Of a stretch of 64,000 nt of DNA, positions 8,873 to 19,955 are shown piece by piece. Origin of the DNA: an uncultured Gemmatimonadales bacterium (GTDB lineage Bacteria; Gemmatimonadota; Gemmatimonadetes; Gemmatimonadales; GWC2-71-9); contig CAVZZO010000001.1 of assembly GCA_963779755.1 (NCBI GenBank), positions 608,001 to 672,000 on the forward strand. Direction: 5' to 3'. The notes under the pieces are model-generated. The model was not told where the DNA came from and did not search any database. It saw only the letters and a program-made list of their open reading frames with translations. Position 1 is the first letter of the stretch, and the number at the start of each line of letters is the position of its first letter. The position numbers and the translations under genes were made by a program.

Positions 8873-10471
8873 CTATGGTCTCGCCGGCGCCACGAACCGC
8901 CGCGACTGCCGCTCGTAGGCATGCGCATACGCCAGCACCCGCGCATCCTCTCCCGGCATGCCCACCACCGAGAGATTGAGCGCCGGCATGCCGTCGGACC
9001 CCATTCCGGCCGGGACCGACACCTCCGGCAGCCCCAGCCAGTTGCCATAGCCCAGGGGAGTCCGCACATCGGGCCAGCCGTCGGCCACCCTGAAGGCGTT
9101 GAACGGCATGGTGGGATAGACCATGGCCGAAACGCCGGCCACGCGGAGCGACGTGCCCAGCGCCACCAGGATGGCCGCGCGCGACTTCGCGAAGGACTGC
9201 CCCGCCGGATCCTCCGCCATCGGCCGGTGGAAGAGCGGCTCGCACTCCTCGAAGGTCTTGGGCAGCACGTTGTAGAACGTCTGGTAGGCGGGATAGCCCG
9301 TGCGAATGGCATCGAGCGGGTCGGCGGTGCGGCCCTTGAAATAGAGATAGAGCGCGTTGGCCGTGGGCGGCGGCGACCAGGACTCCACCGGCACGTCGCC
9401 CCGCTCCTTCGCCGCCTCGGCGAAATACTTCCGCACGTTCCACAGCGTGGCCGCCGGAGTGACCGGCACCACCTCGGCCCCGGCGGCCCGCAGGTCGCCC
9501 ACGGCGCGACCCCAGACCGAGACCGCCTCCGGCGTCATCTGGTCGCGCGGTACGTGCGCCTCGACCAGGCCCAGCCGCACGCCCTGCAGCGCATCGTCGC
9601 GCAGGCGGGCGAGTGGCGCGCCGTTGAACGGCGTGGTGAGGGCCAGCGGATCGGACCGATCCGGGCCCGCCATGGCCGCCAGCACCAGCGCGGCGTCGGC
9701 CACGTAGCGCGCCAGCGAGCCGTGGGTGTCGAGATAGGGCCAGGTGGGGATGACCCCTGTGCGGGGCACCAGGCCGAAGGTCGGCTTGATGCCCACCACA
9801 CCGGTGCACTGCGCCGGAATCCGGTTGCTGCCGCCGTCGTCGGTGCCCAGCGCGCCGAAGGCCATCCCGCCCGCCACCGCCACCGCCGAGCCGGCGCTGG
9901 ACCCGCCGGGGGTGCGGGTGCCGGAGGGATCGTGCGGGTTCAGCACCTGCCCGGTGTAACTGCTGGTGCCGCTCCCGTGAAAGGCGAAATCATCGGCGGC
10001 GGTCTTGCCCAGGATGATAGCGCCCGCGGCGCGGAGCCGGCTTACCTCTATTGCATCCCGCTTCACCGGCTCCGGGAACAACCGCGCCCACTCCGCGCTG
10101 GAGCCGGTGGTGGGGAGGCCGGTGACATCGTAGATCGCCTTGGCAAAGACGGGGACGCCGTCGAGCGGGCCGCGGAGCTGTCCTTTGCGGCGGCGTTCAT
10201 CCGCCGCGCGCGCCTCGGCCATGGCGGCCGGTTCCGCCAGGGCGTCGATGGCGTGCCACGCCTTGCCGTCGATCCGGCAGCGCTCCAGGGCGCGCTGGGT
10301 GACCTCGGCGGCGGTCCAGTCGCCGCGCCGGAAACCGGCCGCATAGCCGGCGATGGTGCCGTCGAGCGGGTCGGAAGAGGCCTTGCCGCGGGCCCAGGCG
10401 TCGCGGGGAAGGGCCGTCATGGCGGCGAGGGCGGCGAGCTGGGCAAGGGCTTCGCGACGGGTGGGGGGCAT
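8873..10471 (-). CDS. Amidase signature family enzyme with Tat-like signal
   Basis: TRREALAQL leader; K (FAKA), GGSSAGS and GTDDGGSNRIPA catalytic motifs. Confidence 0.9.
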   Translation of the reverse strand: MPPTRREALAQLAALAAMTALPRDAWARGKASSDPLDGTIAGYAAGFRRGDWTAAEVTQRALERCRIDGKAWHAIDALAEPAAMAEARAADERRRKGQLRGPLDGVPVFAKAIYDVTGLPTTGSSAEWARLFPEPVKRDAIEVSRLRAAGAIILGKTAADDFAFHGSGTSSYTGQVLNPHDPSGTRTPGGSSAGSAVAVAGGMAFGALGTDDGGSNRIPAQCTGVVGIKPTFGLVPRTGVIPTWPYLDTHGSLARYVADAALVLAAMAGPDRSDPLALTTPFNGAPLARLRDDALQGVRLGLVEAHVPRDQMTPEAVSVWGRAVGDLRAAGAEVVPVTPAATLWNVRKYFAEAAKERGDVPVESWSPPPTANALYLYFKGRTADPLDAIRTGYPAYQTFYNVLPKTFEECEPLFHRPMAEDPAGQSFAKSRAAILVALGTSLRVAGVSAMVYPTMPFNAFRVADGWPDVRTPLGYGNWLGLPEVSVPAGMGSDGMPALNLSVVGMPGEDARVLAYAHAYERQSRRFVAPARP

Positions 10472-10563
10472 GGGAAGGGGTGAGAAGTGAGAAGTGAGAA
10501 GTATAGTCATTGCGAGGGCGCGCACTTTCGACAGTCGTTGCGAGAGCGCGCAGCGTCCAGGGC

Positions 10564-12036
10564 TCACCGCACTTGAGCTTCGATCCGGGACCTTACTTCC
10601 CCCAGTATACCGAGCACGTCCTGGAGCGTCGTGCCGGCCCGGCTGTTAAAGGTCGCGAGCGGCCGCTCGCGCAGGGGGAGGTCGAGCCGAACCGAGGCGG
10701 TGTACAGCGCATCGAGCAGCGCCATTGTCTTGCCCGGCATCTCTGCGCCGACCTCGCGGCCGGCATCCACGAGCGCGCAGACGACCCCGACGCGGGCGGC
10801 GCCGGCGGGGCAGGGCCGCGACGGGTCCGGATCCTCGTGCGGATTCCAGACGCCAGGCCTTGAGAGTCGGGCGATGGCCCGGTCGATGATGGTGAGATCC
10901 TGGGGGGAGTACGTGAGGTCGGGTCGCCGGCAGGCGCCGCAGTCGACGTTCGGGACGGTGTCGCCGGCGACGAGAGCGGCGAACCAGTCGCGAAAGCGGT
11001 GGCCGTCGCTCACATACGCATAGAACACCGGGTCGCCCATTACCGTGTGGATCTCACCCCCGACCAGGAACGAGCGGAAGGACGGCACGGCCGCCCTGAT
11101 CCGCTGGTGGTCCTGCCGAATGAATGCGGCGACGTCCGGATCCTTCGTCCCGGCGAGTTCCAGGTAGGCGCGCTGCACGTAGTCGTAGGCGGCGTCTACC
11201 TGGTAGAAGCGGACGCGGGAAGCGGCACGAGCCGCGTCGATGTAGAGGCCGGGGACGCCGCCCTTCTCGTAGCCTTCCCACCCGGGCCACCGCCGAATGA
11301 CATCCGGAATGCCCCAGCGCTCCTGGTCCGCGCCCGCCATGCCTTCCCTGGTATAGGCGCTGGCCGCGTCGCCCAGTGCGACGACGCTGGCCTCCGGATA
11401 ATGCCGGGCGATGAGGCTCGCGTAGAAGGGCGTCGCGACGCCGCCGGCGCTGGAACCGGAGACGATGACCTGCCGCGGCGCAGGGTAGTTCGCGTAGACC
11501 CAGTGCAGCACCGCCTCCACGTTCCTCTGCCCGCGGTGGTGAATGCGGATCGTGTGGGCACCGCGGTTGTCGCTGTAGTTGTAGGTGGTGTCCACGTCAC
11601 CGAGATGCGTGTCGCCGGTGCAATAGCTGACGAAGACCATCGAATACCCGGCGACCGGGTTCTCCGGGTTGTCGAACGCGAAGATACCCTCCGATGGGCC
11701 GGCTCCCGGCGCTTGGCTCTCGTAGGTCGGCTTGGCGTCCGGGTCGCAGTTCTCGCCGGTCCAGCAGGCGCCGCCGCCGCTGAAGAAGACCAGCAGCCGG
11801 TCCACCGACGCCGGCCGCACGAAGAAGCGGTATTCGGCCCCTCTCGCGCATGTGGTTGAGTCGTCCGGCGCGATGGTGTTCCAGCCGTCGTGCAACTGGG
11901 CCAGTGCCGGCAGCTCCGCGGCGGTCTTCGCTGCCCGGGAATCGGCCGCGGAAGCCGGCTGCTGGGCGGTCGCGGGACTATGCAGGAGGATGGAGAAGAG
12001 GAAAGTGGCGGTGCAGGTGAGGCAGCGGGGGGGCAT
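10564..12036 (-). CDS. Pectin acetylesterase/Notum-like secreted hydrolase with an extra C-terminal domain
   Basis: GGGACW, YCTGDTHLG and GSSAGG motifs; signal peptide. Confidence 0.82.
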   Translation of the reverse strand: MPPRCLTCTATFLFSILLHSPATAQQPASAADSRAAKTAAELPALAQLHDGWNTIAPDDSTTCARGAEYRFFVRPASVDRLLVFFSGGGACWTGENCDPDAKPTYESQAPGAGPSEGIFAFDNPENPVAGYSMVFVSYCTGDTHLGDVDTTYNYSDNRGAHTIRIHHRGQRNVEAVLHWVYANYPAPRQVIVSGSSAGGVATPFYASLIARHYPEASVVALGDAASAYTREGMAGADQERWGIPDVIRRWPGWEGYEKGGVPGLYIDAARAASRVRFYQVDAAYDYVQRAYLELAGTKDPDVAAFIRQDHQRIRAAVPSFRSFLVGGEIHTVMGDPVFYAYVSDGHRFRDWFAALVAGDTVPNVDCGACRRPDLTYSPQDLTIIDRAIARLSRPGVWNPHEDPDPSRPCPAGAARVGVVCALVDAGREVGAEMPGKTMALLDALYTASVRLDLPLRERPLATFNSRAGTTLQDVLGILGEVRSRIEAQVR

Positions 12037-12227
12037 GAGGTCGGGCCTCGCATTGAGGGACTGGCAATAATTGTCCCCGCGTTGGCTGGTCGCAACCCGG
12101 CCCTTCGCGACAACGCCCGTGGCGATCGGGTTTGCTTCCGCGACTTGGCCCCTGTCTCCTTCGTATCGGGAAGGGAACCACCCTGGGGAGCTACCGCGGT
12201 CCCGGGCTCCGCGCGCCGGGGCGCCGT

Positions 12228-12262
12228 TTGACAAACTCGTCCTTACTTTGTATCATAAAGTA
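12228..12262 (+). promoter_or_regulatory. Sigma70 promoter (TTGACA-N17-TATCAT) overlapped by inverted repeat TACTTT-N7-AAAGTA
   Basis: TTGACA 12228-12233; TATCAT 12251-12256; TACTTT 12244-12249; AAAGTA 12257-12262. Confidence 0.75.
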
Positions 12263-12293
12263 CTTCAAACACCCCACCTCTTGAGGAGGAAGC

Positions 12294-12530
12294 ATGGCTC
12301 GCGTCTGGTTCCGGGCCTGGGGTTGGGTCTACCGGCCTGCCTCGTGGCAGGGCTTCCTGTTGCTGGTACTGACGGCGGTGTTCTGTGCTCAGGTCTTTCT
12401 GGCGGTTGACCGGCATTCCCATTCGGCGAGCGACACGCTCTACGGCATCTTTCCCTATGTGGTGCCGGCGCTGATGCTGCTGAACTGGGTTGCCTCCAAG
12501 ACGAGCACAGCCCGGAGTCAGTCCGCCTGA
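12294..12530 (+). CDS. Small 2-TM membrane protein
   Basis: GAGGAGG RBS; WF..WGW.Y.P.SWQG and SHSASDTL motifs. Confidence 0.78.
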   Translation: MARVWFRAWGWVYRPASWQGFLLLVLTAVFCAQVFLAVDRHSHSASDTLYGIFPYVVPALMLLNWVASKTSTARSQSA

Positions 12531-12535
12531 GCTGT

Positions 12536-13590
12536 GCGATCGTCCGGCGCGTGGGGATGTCTCCGCCCGCGCGACCAGACTCAGGAATTGATCCACAGAT
12601 TACGCAGATTGCTCCTCAGCCCTGCCGTCTCCCGGCGAAGCCTTGCCGGTCACCACAACAACGCGGCTTTCTGCTTCATTCTGTTCTGCGGCTGTTTCGG
12701 CGCCTGGTCCGCTGAGGGAGTGAATCTGTGTGAATCGGTGTAATCTGTGGATCCCAGTTAACGATCGTCCGGCGCGTGGCCCTGCCGTCTCCCGGCGGAG
12801 CCTTGCCGGCCGCCACAACGCACCACGGCTGGCTTGACTGCCAAACAGCTCTTGCCGCGGAGCGCGGCCTGCTGACGGAGTCCATCTGCGTAATCTGCGT
12901 AATCTGCGGATGTCAGTTGCCGATCTTTCGGCGCGTTGAGGTGTCACCACCAGCGCGACCGGGATTCAGATCCACAGATTACACAGATGACAGAGATTGC
13001 TCTTCGGTCCCGCCGTCTCCCCTGAGGCCTGGCGCGCTTCCAGCACTCCCCGGAATCAATCGGTGTAATCTGTGGATTTCCTCGAAACTTCCGAGGAGTT
13101 GAGATGTCTCCACCAGCGCGACCGGGATTCAGGATCCGCAGATTACACAGATGACAGAGATTGCTCTTCGGTTCCGCCGTCTCCCCTGAGGCCTGGCGCG
13201 CTTCCAGCACTCCCCGGAATCAATCGGTGTAATCTGTGGATTTCCTCGAAACTTCCGAGGAGTTGAGATGTCTCCACCAGCGCGACCGGGATTCAGGATC
13301 CGCAGATTACACAGATGACAGAGATTGCTCTTCGGTCCCGCCGTCTCCCGTGAGGCCTGGCGCGCTTCCAGCATTCTCCGGAATCAATCGGTGTAATCTG
13401 TGGACTTTACGACCATTCCGCCGCGTTGAGGTGTCACCACCAGCGCGACCGGGATTCAGATCCACAGATTACACAGATGACAGAGATTGCTCTTCGGTCC
13501 CGCCGTCTCCCCTGAGGCCTGGCGCGCTTCCAAGCACTCCCCGGAATCCAATCGGTGTAATCTGTGGACTTGACGATCTTCCGGGGTCGG
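12536..13590. repeat. Tandem array of REP-like units: 4 near-identical 163-164 bp copies (starts 12935, 13098, 13262, 13425) preceded by 2 diverged copies
   Basis: Each unit has ATCC(A/G)CAGATTACACAGAT ... GTGTAATCTGTGGA inverted arms. Confidence 0.9.
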
Positions 13591-13616
13591 GACCTGCCCG
13601 CGATGATCCCTGCCGC

Positions 13617-14258
13617 TCACCGCCGCAGGATCACATGCATAGCCCGCTCCCCCGGAACATGCTCCACACAGTGATAGCCGAGCGCTCGCAGGTCCAGCCC
13701 GCTCCAGAGCGGCTCCCCTGAGCCCAGCAGCACGGGGCGGATCGCCAGGTGCAGCTCGTCGATCAGCCGGGCCTGGAGATACTGCCGGATGGTGGCGACC
13801 CCGCCGCCGACGCGGACATCGCGGCCCCCCGCCGCCTCGCGGGCCTGATCCAGCGCGACCTCGATCCCTCCGGTCACGAACCGGAACTCCGTGCCGCCCT
13901 TCATGTGCAGGGGTGGCCGCGGGTAATGGGTCAGCACGAAGACCGGCGTGTGATAGGGCGGCTCCTCGCCCCACCAGCCGCGCCAGCTCTCGTCCGGCCA
14001 GGGGCCCCGAACGGGCCCGAACATGTTCCGGCCCAGGATCCAGGCGCCGAGGTTCTCGAAGCCGAGCTGGGCCATACGGTTGTCTGTCCCGGTCTCCCCC
14101 GCGCCCTGGCCGTGCATCCGCCGCCAGACATCGGTGCTGAAGAACCACTCCATCAGCTCCGGGCCGCGTACCCCCAGGGGGTGCTCCAGATCCTGGTCCG
14201 GTCCGGCGCCGTAGCCGTCCAGCGAGACGGCAAAACTGCGTACCAGCACTCTCGGCAT
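13617..14258 (-). CDS. Dihydrofolate reductase / RibD C-terminal domain protein
   Basis: SLDGYGAGP, GRNMFGP, WWGEEPPYH and GGGVATIRQYL motifs. Confidence 0.9.
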   Translation of the reverse strand: MPRVLVRSFAVSLDGYGAGPDQDLEHPLGVRGPELMEWFFSTDVWRRMHGQGAGETGTDNRMAQLGFENLGAWILGRNMFGPVRGPWPDESWRGWWGEEPPYHTPVFVLTHYPRPPLHMKGGTEFRFVTGGIEVALDQAREAAGGRDVRVGGGVATIRQYLQARLIDELHLAIRPVLLGSGEPLWSGLDLRALGYHCVEHVPGERAMHVILRR

Positions 14259-14301
14259 CCCTTGTTCCTCCGATGGAGTTCTGACGGCTGCGCAGCCATA
14301 C

Positions 14302-14327
14302 GACGAACGGGGAGGGCTGGATCGACC
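14302..14327 (-). promoter_or_regulatory. ECF42-like promoter GGTCGA-N16-CGTC
   Basis: Minus strand GGTCGAtccagccctccccgttCGTC, about 45 nt before the DHFR-like start. Confidence 0.5.
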
Positions 14328-14408
14328 GGCGGCTCCCCGCCGGGAGCACCGATTTGCTACGGCGGCTGGCGCCGCTCGCAATGGCGGCGATCCTGCACCG
14401 CTCACCGC

Positions 14409-15410
14409 TCACCGCTCACCGGCCAGTACCTGCTCAATCCGCTCCAGCTCTTCGGCTGCGAACGACAGGTTGCGGGCCGCCTCCACGCAGTCGTCAATCT
14501 GGCTCACCCGACTGGCCCCGATGATGGCGGTGGTCACCACCGGCCGGCGCAGCACCCAGGCCAGCGCCATCTGGGCCAGCGTCTGGCCCCGCTCCTGCGC
14601 GATCCGGTTCAGCTTCTGCGCCATTTCGACCACCGCCGGCGTGATATCCGCTGGGCGGAGGAACCGGGGGTCATGCCCCGCGCGGGAGTCGGGCGGGATG
14701 CCCTGGAGGTAGCGGTCGGTGAGCAGCCCCTTGGCCAGCGGCGAGAACACGGCGCAGCCGATCCCTTCCTGCTCGAGCACGCCCAGCAGTTCCGGCTCCA
14801 CCCAGCGGTCGAGCATGCTGTAGCGCGGCTGGTGGATGAGACACGGGGTGCCCAGCTCGCGCAGCAGCCGCGAGGCGGCGATGGTGCGGTCGGCCGGGTA
14901 GCTGGAGATGCCGGCGTAGAGTGCCTTGCCGCTCCGCACCGCGTGGGCCAGGGCGCCCATGGTCTCTTCCAGCGGAGTATCGGGGTCGGGCCGGTGGGAG
15001 TAGAAGATGTCCACGTACTCCAGGCCCATTCTCTTCAGCGAGTGGTCCAGCGACGCCAGCAGGTATTTCCTCGAGCCGAAGTCGCCGTAGGGGCCGGGCC
15101 ACATATCGTAGCCGGCCTTGGTGCTGATGATCAACTCGTCCCGCCAGGGGGCCAGGTCTTCGCGCAGAATGCGCCCGAAGGTTTCCTCCGCCGAGCCCGC
15201 GGGCGGCCCGTAGTTGTTGGCCAGGTCAAAGTGGGTAATGCCGAGGTCGAACGCGTGGAGCACCATCGCCCGTGCGTTAGTATCGTCATCCACCCCGCCG
15301 AAGTTGTGCCACAGGCCGAGGGAGACGGGAGGGAGCAGGATGCCGGAGCGGCCGCAGCGGCGGAAGGAGCCTTGTCCGTCGTAGCGGGTGGGAGCAGGCG
15401 TACGTCTCAC
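14409..15410 (-). CDS. gpr: Aldo/keto reductase, L-glyceraldehyde-3-phosphate reductase (YghZ/Gpr) type
   Basis: SLGLWHNFG, FDLANNYGPPAGSAE and STKAGYDMWPGPYG motifs; GTG start overlaps the upstream TGA. Confidence 0.88.
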   Translation of the reverse strand: MRRTPAPTRYDGQGSFRRCGRSGILLPPVSLGLWHNFGGVDDDTNARAMVLHAFDLGITHFDLANNYGPPAGSAEETFGRILREDLAPWRDELIISTKAGYDMWPGPYGDFGSRKYLLASLDHSLKRMGLEYVDIFYSHRPDPDTPLEETMGALAHAVRSGKALYAGISSYPADRTIAASRLLRELGTPCLIHQPRYSMLDRWVEPELLGVLEQEGIGCAVFSPLAKGLLTDRYLQGIPPDSRAGHDPRFLRPADITPAVVEMAQKLNRIAQERGQTLAQMALAWVLRRPVVTTAIIGASRVSQIDDCVEAARNLSFAAEELERIEQVLAGER

Positions 15411-16072
15411 TCCGCCTTGCTGCGCCATTCAGGCTTCCGCTCGGGGGTCGCGGCCGCCAGGGCTTTGCCCACCCCTTCGACGTCGTGGTCCGTGCCGTAG
15501 GCCGGCGAGCCGGGCTGCTGTCGCCACGACTCGTCGAGCCCGCCCGCGTCGACGCCGTCGAAGCCGAGCTCGTCGAGGAGCCGGATCACGACACCCTTGG
15601 CCCGTGGGTCGTCTCCCGCAACGGGGAGCGCGATCCGCCCCGGCGTACCCGCGGGCTGTCCCCGCTCCAGGAGATGCTGAGCGTAGATGTTGTTGAACGC
15701 CTTCACCACCGGCCGGCCGAGCTGCCGCGACACCCAGCGGGTCTCGGTCGTCCCGGCCTCGATCTCCGCGATGCGGCCGTCGCGCGTGGGGTAGTAGTTG
15801 CCGGTATCCACCACCACGACGTCCTCGGGGACGCCGTGGAAGAGGCCCTTCGGCAGGTCCGGGATGCTCTTGAGCGGGATGGAAACGACTACGACGTCTC
15901 CGCTCCGTGCGGCGTCGCGCACGGTCACCGGCGTCGCGCCGGTCTCCCTGGCCAGGTCAGTGAGGCTGTCGGGCCCCCGCGAGTTGGCGACGAAGACCTT
16001 GTGACCCAGCGCCGACAGGCGTCGCGTCAACGTCCCGCCGATGTGGCCCGATCCGATGATCCCGATCTTCAT
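15407..16072 (-). CDS. NADP oxidoreductase, F420-dependent-like family
   Basis: MKIGIIGSGHIG, DTGNYY, VVKAFN and SWRQQPG motifs. Confidence 0.88.
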   Translation of the reverse strand: MKIGIIGSGHIGGTLTRRLSALGHKVFVANSRGPDSLTDLARETGATPVTVRDAARSGDVVVVSIPLKSIPDLPKGLFHGVPEDVVVVDTGNYYPTRDGRIAEIEAGTTETRWVSRQLGRPVVKAFNNIYAQHLLERGQPAGTPGRIALPVAGDDPRAKGVVIRLLDELGFDGVDAGGLDESWRQQPGSPAYGTDHDVEGVGKALAAATPERKPEWRSKAE

Positions 16073-16155
16073 GGCGCGCTCCTGCAGGAGGAAGGCCACG
16101 TTGCCGCTGGACCGTCAGAAAGGTGCCGGAGTCGCATTCCGGCGGTCAAGGGTGA

Positions 16156-17298
<1,143 letters not shown>

Positions 17299-17445
17299 GC
17301 GAACCCCTTGTCGGCTCCCGGAGTATGAAGCCACGGATTACACAGATCTACCCAGATTCGCACCCGTTGGCGAAGGGCTCCGCGGAGCACCGTCTGATTT
17401 CGGAAGCTCCTTTCAGTGCTTTCTTCCTGTAACAGCGGGAGTGCC

Positions 17446-18090
17446 ATGCGCATCGGTATCCTCGGTTCCGGCCTGATGGGCGGCAAACTCGGCACCATCT
17501 GGGCCCGGGCCGGACACGACGTGGTCTTCAGTTATTCGCGGAGCCGGCGGAAGCTCGACCGCCTGGCCCGGGAAGCAGGTCCCGGCGCCCGGGCCGGCAC
17601 TCCGCGGGAGGCCGCGGAGGGCGCGGACGCGGTTCTGCTGGCGGTGCACTGGCTGCGATTCGACGATGTGCTGAGGCAGGCGGACGATCTGGCGGGGCAG
17701 GTGGTCGTCAGCTGCTCGCTTCCCATGAACGCCGACGACACCCAGCTCGCAATCGGTCACACCTCCTCCGGCGCCGAGAAGCTGGCGAAGAAGCTGCCGG
17801 CGGCCCGGATCGTGTCCGCCTTCAATACCGTGCCGAGCGAGGTCCTTTTCGGCGTTTTCGGGGCGCGGCGGAAGAAGAATAAGCCGAGCCTGGTGTACTG
17901 CGGGGACGACGTGAAGGCGAAGAAGGTGGCGGTCCAGCTGATCCGCGACGCGGGGTTCGATCCGGTGGACGCCGGCCCGCTCCGGATCGCGCGGTTCACC
18001 GAGCCTTTCGCGCTGCTCGTCGCCCGGCTGGCGTATGAGGGGAAGGGAGGGCCGGAGCTGGCGTACCGGTTCGAGCGGTATGAGGGCTGA
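17446..18090 (+). CDS. NADP oxidoreductase, F420-dependent-like family
   Basis: MRIGILGSGLMG, SAFNT and GFDPVDAGPL motifs. Confidence 0.85.
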   Translation: MRIGILGSGLMGGKLGTIWARAGHDVVFSYSRSRRKLDRLAREAGPGARAGTPREAAEGADAVLLAVHWLRFDDVLRQADDLAGQVVVSCSLPMNADDTQLAIGHTSSGAEKLAKKLPAARIVSAFNTVPSEVLFGVFGARRKKNKPSLVYCGDDVKAKKVAVQLIRDAGFDPVDAGPLRIARFTEPFALLVARLAYEGKGGPELAYRFERYEG

Positions 18091-18096
18091 GGGTCC

Positions 18097-18410
18097 TCAT
18101 GGCCCCTCTGGAGGAGCGACGCTGCCGGGGGAGACGGCCTCCTCGACGATCGCGATGGCGTCGATGGAGCAGAGCAGCCCGTGGGGGAGCTGGACGATCG
18201 GTGTGTGCGCGCCGGCGGCGCTTCGGGAAAGAACTCGGCGAAGAGGGTGTTCAGGGTGGGGAACGCCCCGGCATCGGGCACGAAACAGGTCACCTTGACC
18301 ACCCGTGCGAGGCGGCTCCCGGCGTCCTCGAGCACTGCGGCAAGGTTGGCAAATGCCTGGCGTGCCTGCGCCTCGAAGGTATCACCGGCCACCCTGCCGG
18401 GCTCGAGGCC
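18097..18410 (-). pseudogene. RidA/YjgF family fragment, 5' end missing, 1-nt frameshift near 18205
   Basis: FEAQARQAFANLAAVLEDAGS...VVKVTCF...FFPEAPPAR, then TPIVQLPHGLLCSIDAIA in a shifted frame. Confidence 0.75.
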
Positions 18411-18414
18411 GCCG

Positions 18415-18761
18415 CGGGGAAGGGAACATCCCTGGCGTCCGCCGTGGGGGAGATGCTGAACACCCACACCGTGGCCGAGCTCGCCCTGGCCGACATGGTG
18501 CGCATCAACGGCGAGTATGGTTTCCGGCCGGGGCAGGCGATCACCAGCGCGATTCTCACGCGCAAGGCCCTGGCCACCGAGGCGGTGCAGCGGACCGTGG
18601 AACTGGCGGGTGAGCTGGTCGGCGGTGCCGGCCTCATCAAGGGGCATCCGGTCGAGCGCATTGTGCGCGACGTTCGCGCCATGCACTTCCATCCGCTGCC
18701 GGCCCGCCGTCAGCGCGGGTTCGCCGGCCGGGTGGCGCTGGGCCTCGATCCGGCGACCTGA
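18415..18761 (+). pseudogene. Acyl-CoA dehydrogenase C-terminal fragment
   Basis: VELAGELVGGAG...HPVERIVRDVRAMHFHP; no N-terminal domains. Confidence 0.7.
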
Positions 18762-18951
18762 TGCGTCTGCCTCACCCTCGACGCCGTGGCGGCATGGCCA
18801 CCTCTCCCCTTCCTCTCGGGAAGGGGAGGGAACCGGAAGCTCGTAGTCCCGTCCCTTTCGGCCTTCCTTCCCGGCCGCTAACCGTTCTACAGCGGACCCC
18901 GGCGCCTGCGCCCACCGGTGAACAGGCGTTGCCCTGGTCGGGATATCCGGA

Positions 18952-19515
18952 TCAGACTCTCAGGCAGGCCCGGAATCCTCTGGCGGCGTAGTAGGATTCG
19001 GCTCCGTTATGATACACGAAGACGTGGTCGTAGCGACGATCGCAGAAGAGCGCACCGCCCAGTTCCCGGATCCCGGGCGGGGTCTTTATCCAGCTCGATG
19101 TCTTTGTGTCGAACTCGCCCAGTGTCTGCAGCTGCCGGTACTGCTCCTCAGTCAGCAGTTCGATACCCAGGGCCGCGGCCACATCCACGGCGCTGTTCAC
19201 CGGCTTGTGCTGCTTTCTCGATTCCAGCGCCTCGCGATCGTAACACAGGCTCCTGCGCCCTTTCGGGCTTTCCGCCGCACAATCATAGAAGATGTATCCG
19301 CCGCTCTCCCGGTCCTGACCGACGACATCCGGCTCGCCGCCGGTCTGTTCCATTTCGTGGAGTGACCACAGTTTCCCGGCTTCGGCCTCCAGCCGGGCCT
19401 GGATATCAGGCCAGTCGAGGTCTTCATGCCGTTGCGTATGCTTTGCAAAGCGGGCCTTCAGGACCTCGAGCAGTTTCTTCTGTTCCCCTGGTTTCAAGCC
19501 TTTGGTCGCGTGCAT
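18952..19515 (-). CDS. DUF4256 domain protein
   Basis: EMEQTGGEPD, ESPKGRRSLCYD and YHNGAESYYAARGFR motifs. Confidence 0.85.
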   Translation of the reverse strand: MHATKGLKPGEQKKLLEVLKARFAKHTQRHEDLDWPDIQARLEAEAGKLWSLHEMEQTGGEPDVVGQDRESGGYIFYDCAAESPKGRRSLCYDREALESRKQHKPVNSAVDVAAALGIELLTEEQYRQLQTLGEFDTKTSSWIKTPPGIRELGGALFCDRRYDHVFVYHNGAESYYAARGFRACLRV

Positions 19516-19955
19516 GTCTGTCGTCGCCTTTCCGCTGGCGGTGCCATCATTCGCGCCGGGCACGGGGCCGGTCGATAGGCGGAAACGCCGGTACGAGTGC
19601 CGTCCTTCAGGCGTTGGAATATGCGGGCCTGGGGCCGCGGTGCCAACGCGGTGATATCGACCTACCTCCCCACCCCCCTCGGACCTGACCCTCTGTCCCT
19701 CCCTCGCCCCATCTGGATGCCTCGATCACAACACACAAGAAGGAAGTCCCGCGGACCTCGGCGCCTCCTGCGCCCTCCTGTGAACAGACGCCGCCCGGGT
19801 TGGGATGTCTCTTATTGATGACGAACTGTGACGGGTCTGAATCCCTGTTCGGGGTCTCCGCGGGTTGCCGGGCCTCGTCCAATTCCAAATATTCGGTGGT
19901 ACCGGCTCTTGCCGGCGTTGAAGAGTTACGTACCACACAGCAGTGGGAGGTCATC

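Noticed and set aside
12935..13570. Possible CRISPR array
   Set aside because: Repeats are about 140 bp, the junctions are homologous to each other (two are identical), and there are no cas genes
12676..13721. ORFs with ICVICVICG / TDYTD / NLCHLCNL motifs
   Set aside because: Translations of the 9-mer repeat arms, not metal-binding proteins
17757..18692. 311-aa minus and 220-aa plus ORFs over the RidA/ACAD junction
   Set aside because: Chimeric read-through of fragments and antisense sequence
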